Shown here one piece after another: positions 1-8,575 of a stretch of DNA of 64,000 nt (position 1 is the stretch's first letter; each line of letters begins with the position of its first letter). The DNA lies in IMG/VR virus record IMGVR_UViG_3300017763_000007. One strand, written 5' to 3'. The notes beneath the pieces were generated by a model, which did no database searches, was not told the origin of the DNA, and saw nothing but the letters and a program-made list of their open reading frames with translations. The stretch comes from a virus. The translations under genes were made by a program, and so were the position numbers.

Positions 1-411
1 CTTAGTCGATTAGAAAATCTTATTGGTAAAGATATAAATTTATATGATAATGCTTACTCTCCTGATAGAGGATCTAAAGCAATTAGATATACTCTTTTGA
101 TTGATCAATGGAATACTGATTCATTTGATATGCCAGATGATTTATATTATAAACTAAAAAAAATACTTCAGTATCAATATGATTATTGGCCTAAAGTATT
201 TGGTTGTCTTCCTGAGCAGTGGGGAACCCCTATAGACTACAAGAAAAATCAAAGTTTACCTATAGGAAGAATTGAACACGAAGGTAATTTTGTTCCTGAA
301 GAAAATCGTGAACTAATTGATGGTGAATATTATTGGAAAGATTTCGATAATACATTTCTGCTTGATGGAATGGATGATTTTTTTACTAAATTTGAGGTTG
401 TAAGTAAGTGA
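1..411 (+). CDS. hypothetical protein, 5'-truncated by window edge
   Basis: Frame 1 is open from base 1 (LSRLENLIGK...) to TGA at 409-411; the track ORF 97..411 is only its C-terminal part. Confidence 0.6.
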   Translation, partial: LSRLENLIGKDINLYDNAYSPDRGSKAIRYTLLIDQWNTDSFDMPDDLYYKLKKILQYQYDYWPKVFGCLPEQWGTPIDYKKNQSLPIGRIEHEGNFVPEENRELIDGEYYWKDFDNTFLLDGMDDFFTKFEVVSK

Positions 412-1092
412 TCAACAACACTTAGATGGTTTTTCTGGTTGTGGTCCTGTAGATCCTTCAGCAAAAGGATCTAATGGAGAAGGAATTCCAGTTTTATTGC
501 AATCATCCAAAGGATTGTCTGCAACATATTGAATATACTTGTCGTTAGCATCTCGCTTCAAAATTTCAGTTACACGTTTGTCATACCATGCAACTGGGAT
601 ACCAATGTCTAAGTGTTTTAGATACTCTTCTTTGTAAAGATATAAGAGTTCGTAACTAAGAAAAGTTGGGTTGGGGAATTTGGGCATTTGATCCAAGAAA
701 TACTTGGTGGTTAGTTCACCCCTCAACCGCTGTTGTTGATTACGAAGTATGTTTTGATCACGACCAATTACAACTATTTTAGTTTTGATCCCCATATTTT
801 CGGCAGACTTGCAAAACTGCAATACGTTTGGACACCAGTGGGTCCCTTTTTCTTTGATGCCGAGGGGGACGCTAATAGAGGTAAAGTAATATTCCGACTG
901 AGACCAATCGAAAGATTGCAATTTATTGGGGTCTCTCCAATATTCTGCAAAAGGTTCTGCAAATCTATGTGCTTCCCAATAATTGGTCAGCAAAGATTTC
1001 CACCCATAGACATCATCGTGCAATGAAAAGATTTTTGACCATAGATGGTTTCCCGATCCTTGAGGCCCAGTTAGTACAACGAGTGTCTTCAT
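412..1092 (-). CDS. P-loop/sulfotransferase-fold protein
   Basis: N-terminal LTGPQGSGNHLW resembles the 5'-PSB loop; VIGRDQNIL resembles the 3'-PB strand. Confidence 0.55.
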   Translation of the reverse strand: MKTLVVLTGPQGSGNHLWSKIFSLHDDVYGWKSLLTNYWEAHRFAEPFAEYWRDPNKLQSFDWSQSEYYFTSISVPLGIKEKGTHWCPNVLQFCKSAENMGIKTKIVVIGRDQNILRNQQQRLRGELTTKYFLDQMPKFPNPTFLSYELLYLYKEEYLKHLDIGIPVAWYDKRVTEILKRDANDKYIQYVADNPLDDCNKTGIPSPLDPFAEGSTGPQPEKPSKCC

Positions 1093-1123
1093 ATTATGGT
1101 AACCTTCCTACTAATTATAACAC

Positions 1124-1130
1124 CTAAATA
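1124..1130 (+). promoter_or_regulatory. T4-type late promoter (CTAAATA)
   Basis: Variant of TATAAATA upstream of a structural gene; the same heptamer recurs before many late genes in the window. Confidence 0.65.
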
Positions 1131-1139
1131 CTCCTACGC

Positions 1140-1186
1140 GAGAGTATATACTCTCAGTATCTAACTAGATGATCGCTACATAGCGA
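1140..1186. repeat. three consecutive palindromes/inverted repeats in a leader
   Basis: GAGAGTATATACTCTC (1140-1155, perfect), ATCTA-AC-TAGAT (1159-1170), TCGCTA-CA-TAGCGA (1173-1186). Confidence 0.85.
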
Positions 1187-1194
1187 CTACGTGA

Positions 1195-2361
1195 ATGTCA
1201 TCTCCGAATATTAGGGTCAAACGCTCAGCGATTGCTGGCAAGGTCCCACACTATCCAACAAGCCTAGAACTTGGCGAATTTGCAATCAACACAGCGGACG
1301 GCAAAGTCTTTATTGCCGCTGGTGTTGGGGCAGGTGTTACTGTACGCGAAGTTGGTATAAGCACCGGCAACATTCTTAGTGGTATCGCTACGATTACCAC
1401 GCTTGAAGCAACAAATTTTAGTGTAAGTAATACTATCGTTGGTATTTCCAGCGGTGCAAACAAGGTAGATACTGCAACTGACGGTGGTAACCAATGGCAC
1501 CACGTTGGATTTTTAGACAATAGAACTGGATATCAAAAGATAAAGACCAACGGTCTTACTTACAACCCCAACACTGGCAAACTCTATGCTGGTATTGGTA
1601 GTTTTGGTAAGGTCTCTGGTGAAGCAACAGTTTCTCAACTACGAGTCACTGGAATTGCCACTGTAGGCACAATCAATGCTGATGAATTTGTTGGTGATGG
1701 TTCTGGTCTTACCAACGTCAGCGTTGGTTCTGCCACATCTATTTCATCTGGAACCACAACTGCCACTCAAGGTCAGACGGCGTTCACATCACCTGGTGCT
1801 CACAATGATGGAAATAAACAACTTACTGTAGAAGCATATATCAATGGTATTCGTCAACGTAGAGGTACTGACTTTAGTACATCATCTACAAGTACGGTTA
1901 CCTTGACAGAAGGTGCTACAGTCGGGGATGATGTTCAAATTCAAGTTCATTACGGGCACACTCTCGATCAAGAATCCTTTACTGCAACACAAGGTCAAAC
2001 AGAATTCCCAATCTCAGGTGATGTTGCTGCACAGAAAAACTTCAAAATATTTTTGAATGGTATAAAGTTACGAAAAACTACAGACTTCACCACGGGAACA
2101 ACTATTGTTCTTGCAACTGGTTGTACGATTGGGGATCAAATTGATATCTGTGGGGACACTTCAGAAGATCAATATACTGCAACTGAAGGGCAGACAACAT
2201 TTATTCCTAGCGATTCAAATATTACCAACATAAACGCTCAAGTATATCTAAATGGGGTTTTACTTCGAGCAGCAGATTGGTCATTTGGAGATACTATTGT
2301 ATCAATTACTAATGGCACAACTGTAGGTGACGAGATAGATGTCGTTGTAAGACGTAACTAA
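1195..2361 (+). CDS. tail fibre/baseplate-associated structural protein with three C-terminal repeats
   Basis: N-terminal IRVKRSA...LELGEFAINTADGKVF typical of cyanophage fibre proteins; three ~60-aa TATxGQT..(Y/F)xNG..D(F/W)..GD repeats. Confidence 0.7.
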   Translation: MSSPNIRVKRSAIAGKVPHYPTSLELGEFAINTADGKVFIAAGVGAGVTVREVGISTGNILSGIATITTLEATNFSVSNTIVGISSGANKVDTATDGGNQWHHVGFLDNRTGYQKIKTNGLTYNPNTGKLYAGIGSFGKVSGEATVSQLRVTGIATVGTINADEFVGDGSGLTNVSVGSATSISSGTTTATQGQTAFTSPGAHNDGNKQLTVEAYINGIRQRRGTDFSTSSTSTVTLTEGATVGDDVQIQVHYGHTLDQESFTATQGQTEFPISGDVAAQKNFKIFLNGIKLRKTTDFTTGTTIVLATGCTIGDQIDICGDTSEDQYTATEGQTTFIPSDSNITNINAQVYLNGVLLRAADWSFGDTIVSITNGTTVGDEIDVVVRRN

Positions 2362-2364
2362 ATA
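2358..2364 (+). promoter_or_regulatory. late promoter (CTAAATA)
   Basis: Motif immediately upstream of gp13. Confidence 0.65.
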
Positions 2365-2384
2365 GAAAAAAAGTCTTGGAATAA

Positions 2385-3230
2385 ATGGCGAACCCATCTA
2401 CAAGACAGGAGTTAGTCGGTTACGCTAGGCGTCAACTAGGTGCTCCAGTCCTTGAAATCAACGTTGCTGATGAGCAAATTGAAGATCTGATGGATGATGC
2501 CATTCAGGTTTATCAAAATCGCCATATGGATGGCGTAGAATTGATGTACCTAAAGCATAAGATCACGCAGGACTTTCTCGATGCTACTCGTGCTAGGGCA
2601 GAAGATAAGTCAACTGGTATCACTACCAGTACCGGTACAGCAAATATTACTGGAATTGGCGTTACCACCTTTAGTTTTGAGGAGAACCAGAATTTCATCC
2701 AGGTTCCTGACGCGGTTATTGGGATCGAAAGAGTTTTCAAACTGGACAATCGTCTAATCTCGACGAACATGTTCAACATCAATTATCAGTTGATGCTGAA
2801 CGACGTGTATTTTTTCAGTTCAATGGAACTGATGGGATACACAATGACTAAAAGATATTTGGAAGACCTGGATCATATTTTACATCCTGAAAAAGCAATC
2901 CGTTTCAATCGTCGGCAGAACAGACTCTATCTGGATGTTGATGGTAATAGTATGCAGGAGAATGATTACATCATTATCCGTTGCTATAGGGTTTTGAACC
3001 CCAACGACTTCCCAAAAGTATATAACGATATCTTCCTGAAACGTTACTTTACTGCTCTTCTCAAAAAGCAGTGGGGACAAAACCTAATCAAGTTCCAAGG
3101 TGTGAAATTGCCAGGTGGTGTTGAGCTGAATGGCAGACAAATCTATGAAGATGCTCTTGGAGAAATCCAAGCATTGGAAGATAAGATGGCACTTGAATAT
3201 GAACTTCCTCCGCTGGATCTGATTGGATAA
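2385..3230 (+). CDS. gp13: neck protein gp13
   Basis: RQLGAPVLEINVADEQIEDL and KKQWGQNLIKFQGVKLPGGVELNG motifs; synteny. Confidence 0.93.
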   Translation: MANPSTRQELVGYARRQLGAPVLEINVADEQIEDLMDDAIQVYQNRHMDGVELMYLKHKITQDFLDATRARAEDKSTGITTSTGTANITGIGVTTFSFEENQNFIQVPDAVIGIERVFKLDNRLISTNMFNINYQLMLNDVYFFSSMELMGYTMTKRYLEDLDHILHPEKAIRFNRRQNRLYLDVDGNSMQENDYIIIRCYRVLNPNDFPKVYNDIFLKRYFTALLKKQWGQNLIKFQGVKLPGGVELNGRQIYEDALGEIQALEDKMALEYELPPLDLIG

Positions 3231-4624
3231 TGGCACTAAACCCCTTCTTTCAACAAGGCACACCTGCTGAACAAAACCTCGTACAAGATCTGATAGACGA
3301 ACAGATCAAAATGTATGGGGTAGAATTCGTTTATCTGCCTCGCATTTTTGTCAACACTAAAACTATTATGAGGGAGGTAACTTCTTCTAAGTTTACCAAA
3401 TCGTTTCCTATTGAAGGGTATATTGAATCTTACGAAGGTTTTGATGCTGGATATAATTTACTAACAAAATTTGGAGTTCGTACCACTGCAGAGATGAAGG
3501 TTGTCATCTCTCAAACTCGCTATCTAAATTATATCACACCGTTGATGAGTGGTGCTCGTGGATTGACAAATGCACCTATACGTCCTTATGAAGGTGATCT
3601 TTTATATTTTCCGTATAGAGATCTCTTGATGGAGATCAAGTATGTTGATGATGTTAGTAACTTCTATCAACTACGTAAAAACTATACGTACACTCTGACT
3701 GTTGAACCGTTCGAGTATGAGGATGAAGTCATCCAAACTGGAGTCGGTGTAATTGATGATGACTTCAAGACTGCTGGTTACAATGCCACATTTGTTTTAC
3801 TAGATGTTGGAACCACTGCATCAGCAACTGTAGGACTTGCCACTGGTATTCGTTACATTGATCTATTGAATGGTGGTACCGGTTGGAGTGCTGCCCCTAC
3901 AATCAAAATCTCTCCCCCTGTAGGAGGAGGAACAACTGCAACTGCAGTTGCTATCACTAGCACTACAGGTAATAGTCAATTCAAATCAACTTATATTAGT
4001 GACATCTTTATCACTAATCCTGGTGTAGGTTACACTGCAGCTCCCACTATTCAATTCATCTCTGAGGATGGTCGAGGATCTGGTGCAGTCGCAAGAGCTG
4101 CTATCTCTACCACTGGAGGTATTGGTCCAGTTACTATAGGTAATGTTGGATCAGAGTATATTCAATCTGATCCTCCATCAATTACTTTCAATGCACCTCC
4201 TTCTGGGGGACATATTGCCAAGGCACTTGCAGTCGTAGATACATTAGGTCGCTTGAATACTATTCGTATCACTGATGCTGGTTCTGGATACACTTCTACA
4301 CCCACAATTACTGTGGGGGCAGCAGGCACAGTTGGGGTTGGTACTTTCAATTATGGAGAAGTTATCAAGGGTCAATCCAGTTTCAGCACTGCATTTGTTA
4401 CTTCTTGGGATGCCCCAAATCTTACCCTCAAAGCACGCAATCTGAGTGGCGACTTCCTTGTGGGAGAACTCATCGTGGATAACGAAGGAAGTGCGTATCG
4501 TCTAAATACCATCGATTATAATGATGACGACTTCGCTCCTAGTTATAACTCGGGAGATACTATTCAGAACGAAGCAGATAGCATCTTAGATTTTACAGAG
4601 AAAAACCCCTTTGGTGAAGTGTAA
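3230..4624 (+). CDS. gp14: neck protein gp14 (with Gly/Thr-rich insertion)
   Basis: EQNLVQDLIDEQIKMYGVEFVYLPR start and DFTEKNPFGE end; synteny. Confidence 0.92.
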   Translation: MALNPFFQQGTPAEQNLVQDLIDEQIKMYGVEFVYLPRIFVNTKTIMREVTSSKFTKSFPIEGYIESYEGFDAGYNLLTKFGVRTTAEMKVVISQTRYLNYITPLMSGARGLTNAPIRPYEGDLLYFPYRDLLMEIKYVDDVSNFYQLRKNYTYTLTVEPFEYEDEVIQTGVGVIDDDFKTAGYNATFVLLDVGTTASATVGLATGIRYIDLLNGGTGWSAAPTIKISPPVGGGTTATAVAITSTTGNSQFKSTYISDIFITNPGVGYTAAPTIQFISEDGRGSGAVARAAISTTGGIGPVTIGNVGSEYIQSDPPSITFNAPPSGGHIAKALAVVDTLGRLNTIRITDAGSGYTSTPTITVGAAGTVGVGTFNYGEVIKGQSSFSTAFVTSWDAPNLTLKARNLSGDFLVGELIVDNEGSAYRLNTIDYNDDDFAPSYNSGDTIQNEADSILDFTEKNPFGEV

Positions 4625-5670
4625 TGGTTGGCAATTACTTTTACAATGAAACAATTCGGAAAACCGTAATTGCTTTCGGCACACTATTCAATAATATCAG
4701 CGTCAAAAAATATGGCACTGACGGACAAAGTATTAGTCAAATCAAAGTTCCCATTGCATACGGACCTATTCAAAGGTTCCTTGCACGGATTGAACAGCAA
4801 CCAAACTTTGATGACAATATTGCTATCAGTCTACCTAGATTGTCGTTTCAGTTGACATCATACGTCTACGACGCAAGTAGAAAAGCATCTCCTATTCAAA
4901 AGTTTACAATGCTGTCACCGACAGCAAAGTCTAAAGTAAAGAAGATGTATATGCCTGTCCCATATGACTTGGGATTTAGGTTGAGCTTTGCAGCAAAACT
5001 GCAGGACGATGCACTACAAATCATTGAGCAAATTTTACCATTTTTCCAACCTTCTTACAGCGTGACTATCAACATGCTTGAAGGAGTAAGTGAGAAGCGT
5101 GATGTTCCTTTTACTCTAACAAACGTTGGGTTTGTTGATGAGTATGAGGGAGACTATTCAACACGCAGATTTATACAATATGATCTTGATTTCGTAGCGA
5201 AGACGTATTTCTATCAAGAAGTGCCTACGGACGAAAATGGAATTATCAAAAAAGTTCAAGTGGATTATTCTTCCGCTCTGCGTGCTCCAAGGGAACAGAG
5301 ATACACCGTTGTTCCCCAAGCAGCCAAAGATTATAATGACGATCAATCGGGAAAAATTACTGCCGCCGTCGATAAAATAAAAACTCTTATCAAGGTAGCA
5401 AATGGATCACAGTACACAGTGGGTGCATACATTGAAATAAACAATGAAGTCATGCGAATCAAAGAAATTGATTCTAATAATTTGATTGTTCAAAGAGGTG
5501 TATATAATACAAATATTGTTGCTCATGCAGAAAACGATGTAATCAATCTGGTAAATAGTGTTGATAATGACCTAATTGAATTTGGGGATACATTCGGTTT
5601 CAGTGAATCTAGATCATTCTTTGATGCAGATGGAAAATCGTTTAGTCCCAAAACTGGTACTGATGTATGA
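4624..5670 (+). CDS. gp15: tail sheath stabilizer gp15
   Basis: YFYNETIRKTVIAFGTLFNNI, KVPIAYGP, QIIEQILPFFQP. Confidence 0.93.
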   Translation: MVGNYFYNETIRKTVIAFGTLFNNISVKKYGTDGQSISQIKVPIAYGPIQRFLARIEQQPNFDDNIAISLPRLSFQLTSYVYDASRKASPIQKFTMLSPTAKSKVKKMYMPVPYDLGFRLSFAAKLQDDALQIIEQILPFFQPSYSVTINMLEGVSEKRDVPFTLTNVGFVDEYEGDYSTRRFIQYDLDFVAKTYFYQEVPTDENGIIKKVQVDYSSALRAPREQRYTVVPQAAKDYNDDQSGKITAAVDKIKTLIKVANGSQYTVGAYIEINNEVMRIKEIDSNNLIVQRGVYNTNIVAHAENDVINLVNSVDNDLIEFGDTFGFSESRSFFDADGKSFSPKTGTDV

Positions 5671-6074
5671 GTCAAAATTTTGATGCTATCGACAAAGCAC
5701 TAGAAACTAAATCTGAGATTGTAAAAGAAACAAAAGCAATCGCAAAGAAACTGAGACCTGACGACGGCGATAAGGATTATGAATACTCTCGTGCCCAACT
5801 CTATAACTTAGTTGAGAAGGGGCAAGAAGCAGTAAATGGCATCCTTGATGTCTGTATGGATACTCAGCATCCTAGAGCATATGAAGTTGCTGGTCAGTTG
5901 ATCAAACACGTCGGTGATGTCACTGATAAGATCGTTGACTTGCAGAAAAAAATGAAGGATCTGAATGCAGAGGAAGGTCCCAAAAACGTCACTAACAATG
6001 CCTTGTTTGTAGGTAGCACAAGTGAACTACAGAAAATGATCAAGAAAGGACTACTAAATAATACGGACAATTAG
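5667..6074 (+). CDS. gp16: terminase small subunit gp16
   Basis: DYEYSRAQLYNLVEKG, HPRAYEVAGQLIK, NNALFVGSTSELQK. Confidence 0.93.
   Translation: MSQNFDAIDKALETKSEIVKETKAIAKKLRPDDGDKDYEYSRAQLYNLVEKGQEAVNGILDVCMDTQHPRAYEVAGQLIKHVGDVTDKIVDLQKKMKDLNAEEGPKNVTNNALFVGSTSELQKMIKKGLLNNTDN
6054..6060 (+). promoter_or_regulatory. late promoter (CTAAATA)
   Basis: At the end of gp16, upstream of the 6082 ORF. Confidence 0.6.
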
Positions 6075-6081
6075 TATCACT

Positions 6082-6849
6082 ATGTCTTTCAGGAAACCTA
6101 TCTACGAAGCGCCTGGTGATGCGTTCGCTCGCATGAGTGATGACCAGTTCAAAGATTACCAGAATAAAAATCCTGGTGCTGCACAAAAGGCGGCACAGGT
6201 AAGGAAGCAAGCACAAGCACGTGCCAATAAATCCAACAACACATCTACCAATACACCAGCAAAATCTTCAGGAAAGAAGGAGGTAGGAACCAGTGCCCTT
6301 GCCAAGCGTGGCGGTCTTGTCAAAAGTAATTCACAAGGCAATCAGTCTAATAAGGTTGGTGGCTCTAGTGGTAGCAAGCGTGTTGGTGCTGCTGGGGGCA
6401 AGGCAGTAGACATGGGTGTGAAGAAGGTGAAGGTCCGTGATGTAACTCCTGGACAAAAGAAAATTTCTGGTTCTTCTTCTTCATCGGATTCCGTTTCAGG
6501 AGGACAAAAGAAACTTTCTAGTGCTGGATCGAATCAAAACCGTCCCCCTTCTGGGGCAGGTACTGATAGAGTTGCTCAAGGTGGTGCACTTGCGAAGAGA
6601 GCACCTGAGAAAAAGACTGGCGGACCTACCAATTACACCGCAAAGAAAAATTATGTCAAGGCGAAGAGAGTTGCTGGCAAACTTGGTGCTGCAGCACAAG
6701 TTGCAGGAAAGGCCGCAGTTGTTGCAGGAAAAGTTGGTAAGTACGCAATTGGAAACACTGCGGCTGCTTTTGGCAAGTCTAGTTGGAAGAAAGAATCTAA
6801 AGAACTAAAGACATTCAGTCAGTTCATGATTGAGAGTCGAGGAAGGTAA
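6082..6849 (+). CDS. basic low-complexity K/G/A/S-rich protein, possible internal head protein
   Basis: ORF between gp16 and gp17; composition; C-terminal KTFSQFMIE motif. Confidence 0.65.
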   Translation: MSFRKPIYEAPGDAFARMSDDQFKDYQNKNPGAAQKAAQVRKQAQARANKSNNTSTNTPAKSSGKKEVGTSALAKRGGLVKSNSQGNQSNKVGGSSGSKRVGAAGGKAVDMGVKKVKVRDVTPGQKKISGSSSSSDSVSGGQKKLSSAGSNQNRPPSGAGTDRVAQGGALAKRAPEKKTGGPTNYTAKKNYVKAKRVAGKLGAAAQVAGKAAVVAGKVGKYAIGNTAAAFGKSSWKKESKELKTFSQFMIESRGR

Positions 6850-6852
6850 TTT

Positions 6853-8511
6853 ATGGCTGGGAGTGACGTATATCTTGGTAATCCCAATCTAAAAAAGGTA
6901 AACACTAAGCAAGAGTTTACCGAAGAAAATATCATCGAATTTGTTCGATGTAAAAATGACCCTGTTTATTTTACAGAAAAGTACATAAGAATTGTCAACG
7001 TGGACGAAGGTCTTGTCCCGTTCAACATGTATAAGTTTCAAAAGAAACTTATCAGAAATTTTCATAAGCATAGATTCAATATATGCAAGATGCCTAGGCA
7101 GACTGGAAAGTCTACCACTGTTGTATCGTTTCTTCTCCACTACGCGATCTTCAATGATAACGTCAACATCGGAATCCTCGCAAACAAAGCGGCAACAGCT
7201 AGAGATCTCCTCGGCAGATTACAACTGGCGTACGAAAACCTGCCGCGCTGGATGCAGCAAGGCATCATAGCTTGGAACAAAGGATCTATGGAACTGGAAA
7301 ACGGTTCTAAGATCATTGCTGCATCTACCTCAGCATCTGCTGTTCGAGGTATGTCTTTCAACATCATCTTCCTGGACGAGTTTGCGTTTGTGGCAAACCA
7401 CTTGGCAGATGATTTCTTTGCGTCGGTATATCCTACAATCTCATCTGGTAAATCTTCCAAAGTAATTATTGTATCTACGCCTCATGGCATGAACCACTTC
7501 TACAGGATGTGGCATGATGCTGAGCGTGGTAAGAATGAATATGTTCCCACGGAAGTGCACTGGTCTGAAGTGCCAGGAAGAGATGCTAAGTGGAAAAAGC
7601 AAACCATTGCTAACACGTCAGAGCAACAGTTCAAGATTGAGTTTGAGTGCGAATTCCTAGGATCTGTTGATACTCTGATAGCAGCATCAAAACTGAAAGC
7701 ACTGGTCTTTGAAGACCCAGTGAAAAGGAATGGCAAGTTATCTCTATATGAAACTCCACGTGAAAAACATGAGTACGTTATTACAGTTGACGTTGCACGT
7801 GGTGTAGGCAAAGACTATAGCACGTTCTGTGTTTTTGATATCACAGAGTATCCATATAAAATTGTCGGTGTTTATAGGGACAATGAAATCAAACCCATGA
7901 TCTTCCCATCAATTATTGAGGAAGTGGGTAGGGCATACAACAACGCACATGTCCTGGCAGAGGTCAATGACATTGGTGACCAGGTGGCATCTATTTTGTT
8001 CTATGACTTGGAGTATGAAAACCTGTTGATGGTTGCAATGCGTGGGCGTGCAGGTCAGCAAGTTGGTTCTGGGTTCTCTGGTGTCAAGACTCAGTTGGGT
8101 GTAAAGATGAGTCAGGTCACCAAGAAGGTGGGTTGCTCTAACCTCAAAACTCTGGTTGAGGATGACAAACTAATCATCTGCGACTACAACATCATTGCAG
8201 AATTGACAACGTTTATCCAGAAAAAGCAGTCGTTTGAGGCAGAGGAAGGTTGTAATGATGATCTTGCTATGTGCCTGGTTATCTTTGCCTGGTTAGTTGC
8301 TCAAGATTATTTCAAGGAGATGACGGACCAGGATGTTCGTAAGAAAATATATGAAGAACAGAAGAATGCTATTGAGCAAGACATGGCACCTTTCGGTTTT
8401 GTATGCGACGGATTTGATGAGATGGGTGGGGAGACTGTTGAGTCAGATGGTACGATTTGGAAGACTGATGAGTATGGAGATCGCTCTTACATGTGGGAGT
8501 ACCATTCCTAA
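6853..8511 (+). CDS. gp17: terminase large subunit gp17
   Basis: Walker A MPRQTGKST, Walker B IIFLDEFAF, nuclease VDVARG and CNDDLAM. Confidence 0.97.
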   Translation: MAGSDVYLGNPNLKKVNTKQEFTEENIIEFVRCKNDPVYFTEKYIRIVNVDEGLVPFNMYKFQKKLIRNFHKHRFNICKMPRQTGKSTTVVSFLLHYAIFNDNVNIGILANKAATARDLLGRLQLAYENLPRWMQQGIIAWNKGSMELENGSKIIAASTSASAVRGMSFNIIFLDEFAFVANHLADDFFASVYPTISSGKSSKVIIVSTPHGMNHFYRMWHDAERGKNEYVPTEVHWSEVPGRDAKWKKQTIANTSEQQFKIEFECEFLGSVDTLIAASKLKALVFEDPVKRNGKLSLYETPREKHEYVITVDVARGVGKDYSTFCVFDITEYPYKIVGVYRDNEIKPMIFPSIIEEVGRAYNNAHVLAEVNDIGDQVASILFYDLEYENLLMVAMRGRAGQQVGSGFSGVKTQLGVKMSQVTKKVGCSNLKTLVEDDKLIICDYNIIAELTTFIQKKQSFEAEEGCNDDLAMCLVIFAWLVAQDYFKEMTDQDVRKKIYEEQKNAIEQDMAPFGFVCDGFDEMGGETVESDGTIWKTDEYGDRSYMWEYHS

Positions 8512-8518
8512 AGTCCCA

Positions 8519-8541
8519 CTAAATAAGCAATTCCATAAATA
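8519..8541 (+). promoter_or_regulatory. tandem late promoters (CTAAATA 8519-8525, ATAAATA 8535-8541)
   Basis: Two motif copies upstream of gp18. Confidence 0.65.
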
Positions 8542-8575
8542 TCTCTAGTCATCGTAGGGACAACAGGGAGTTAGA

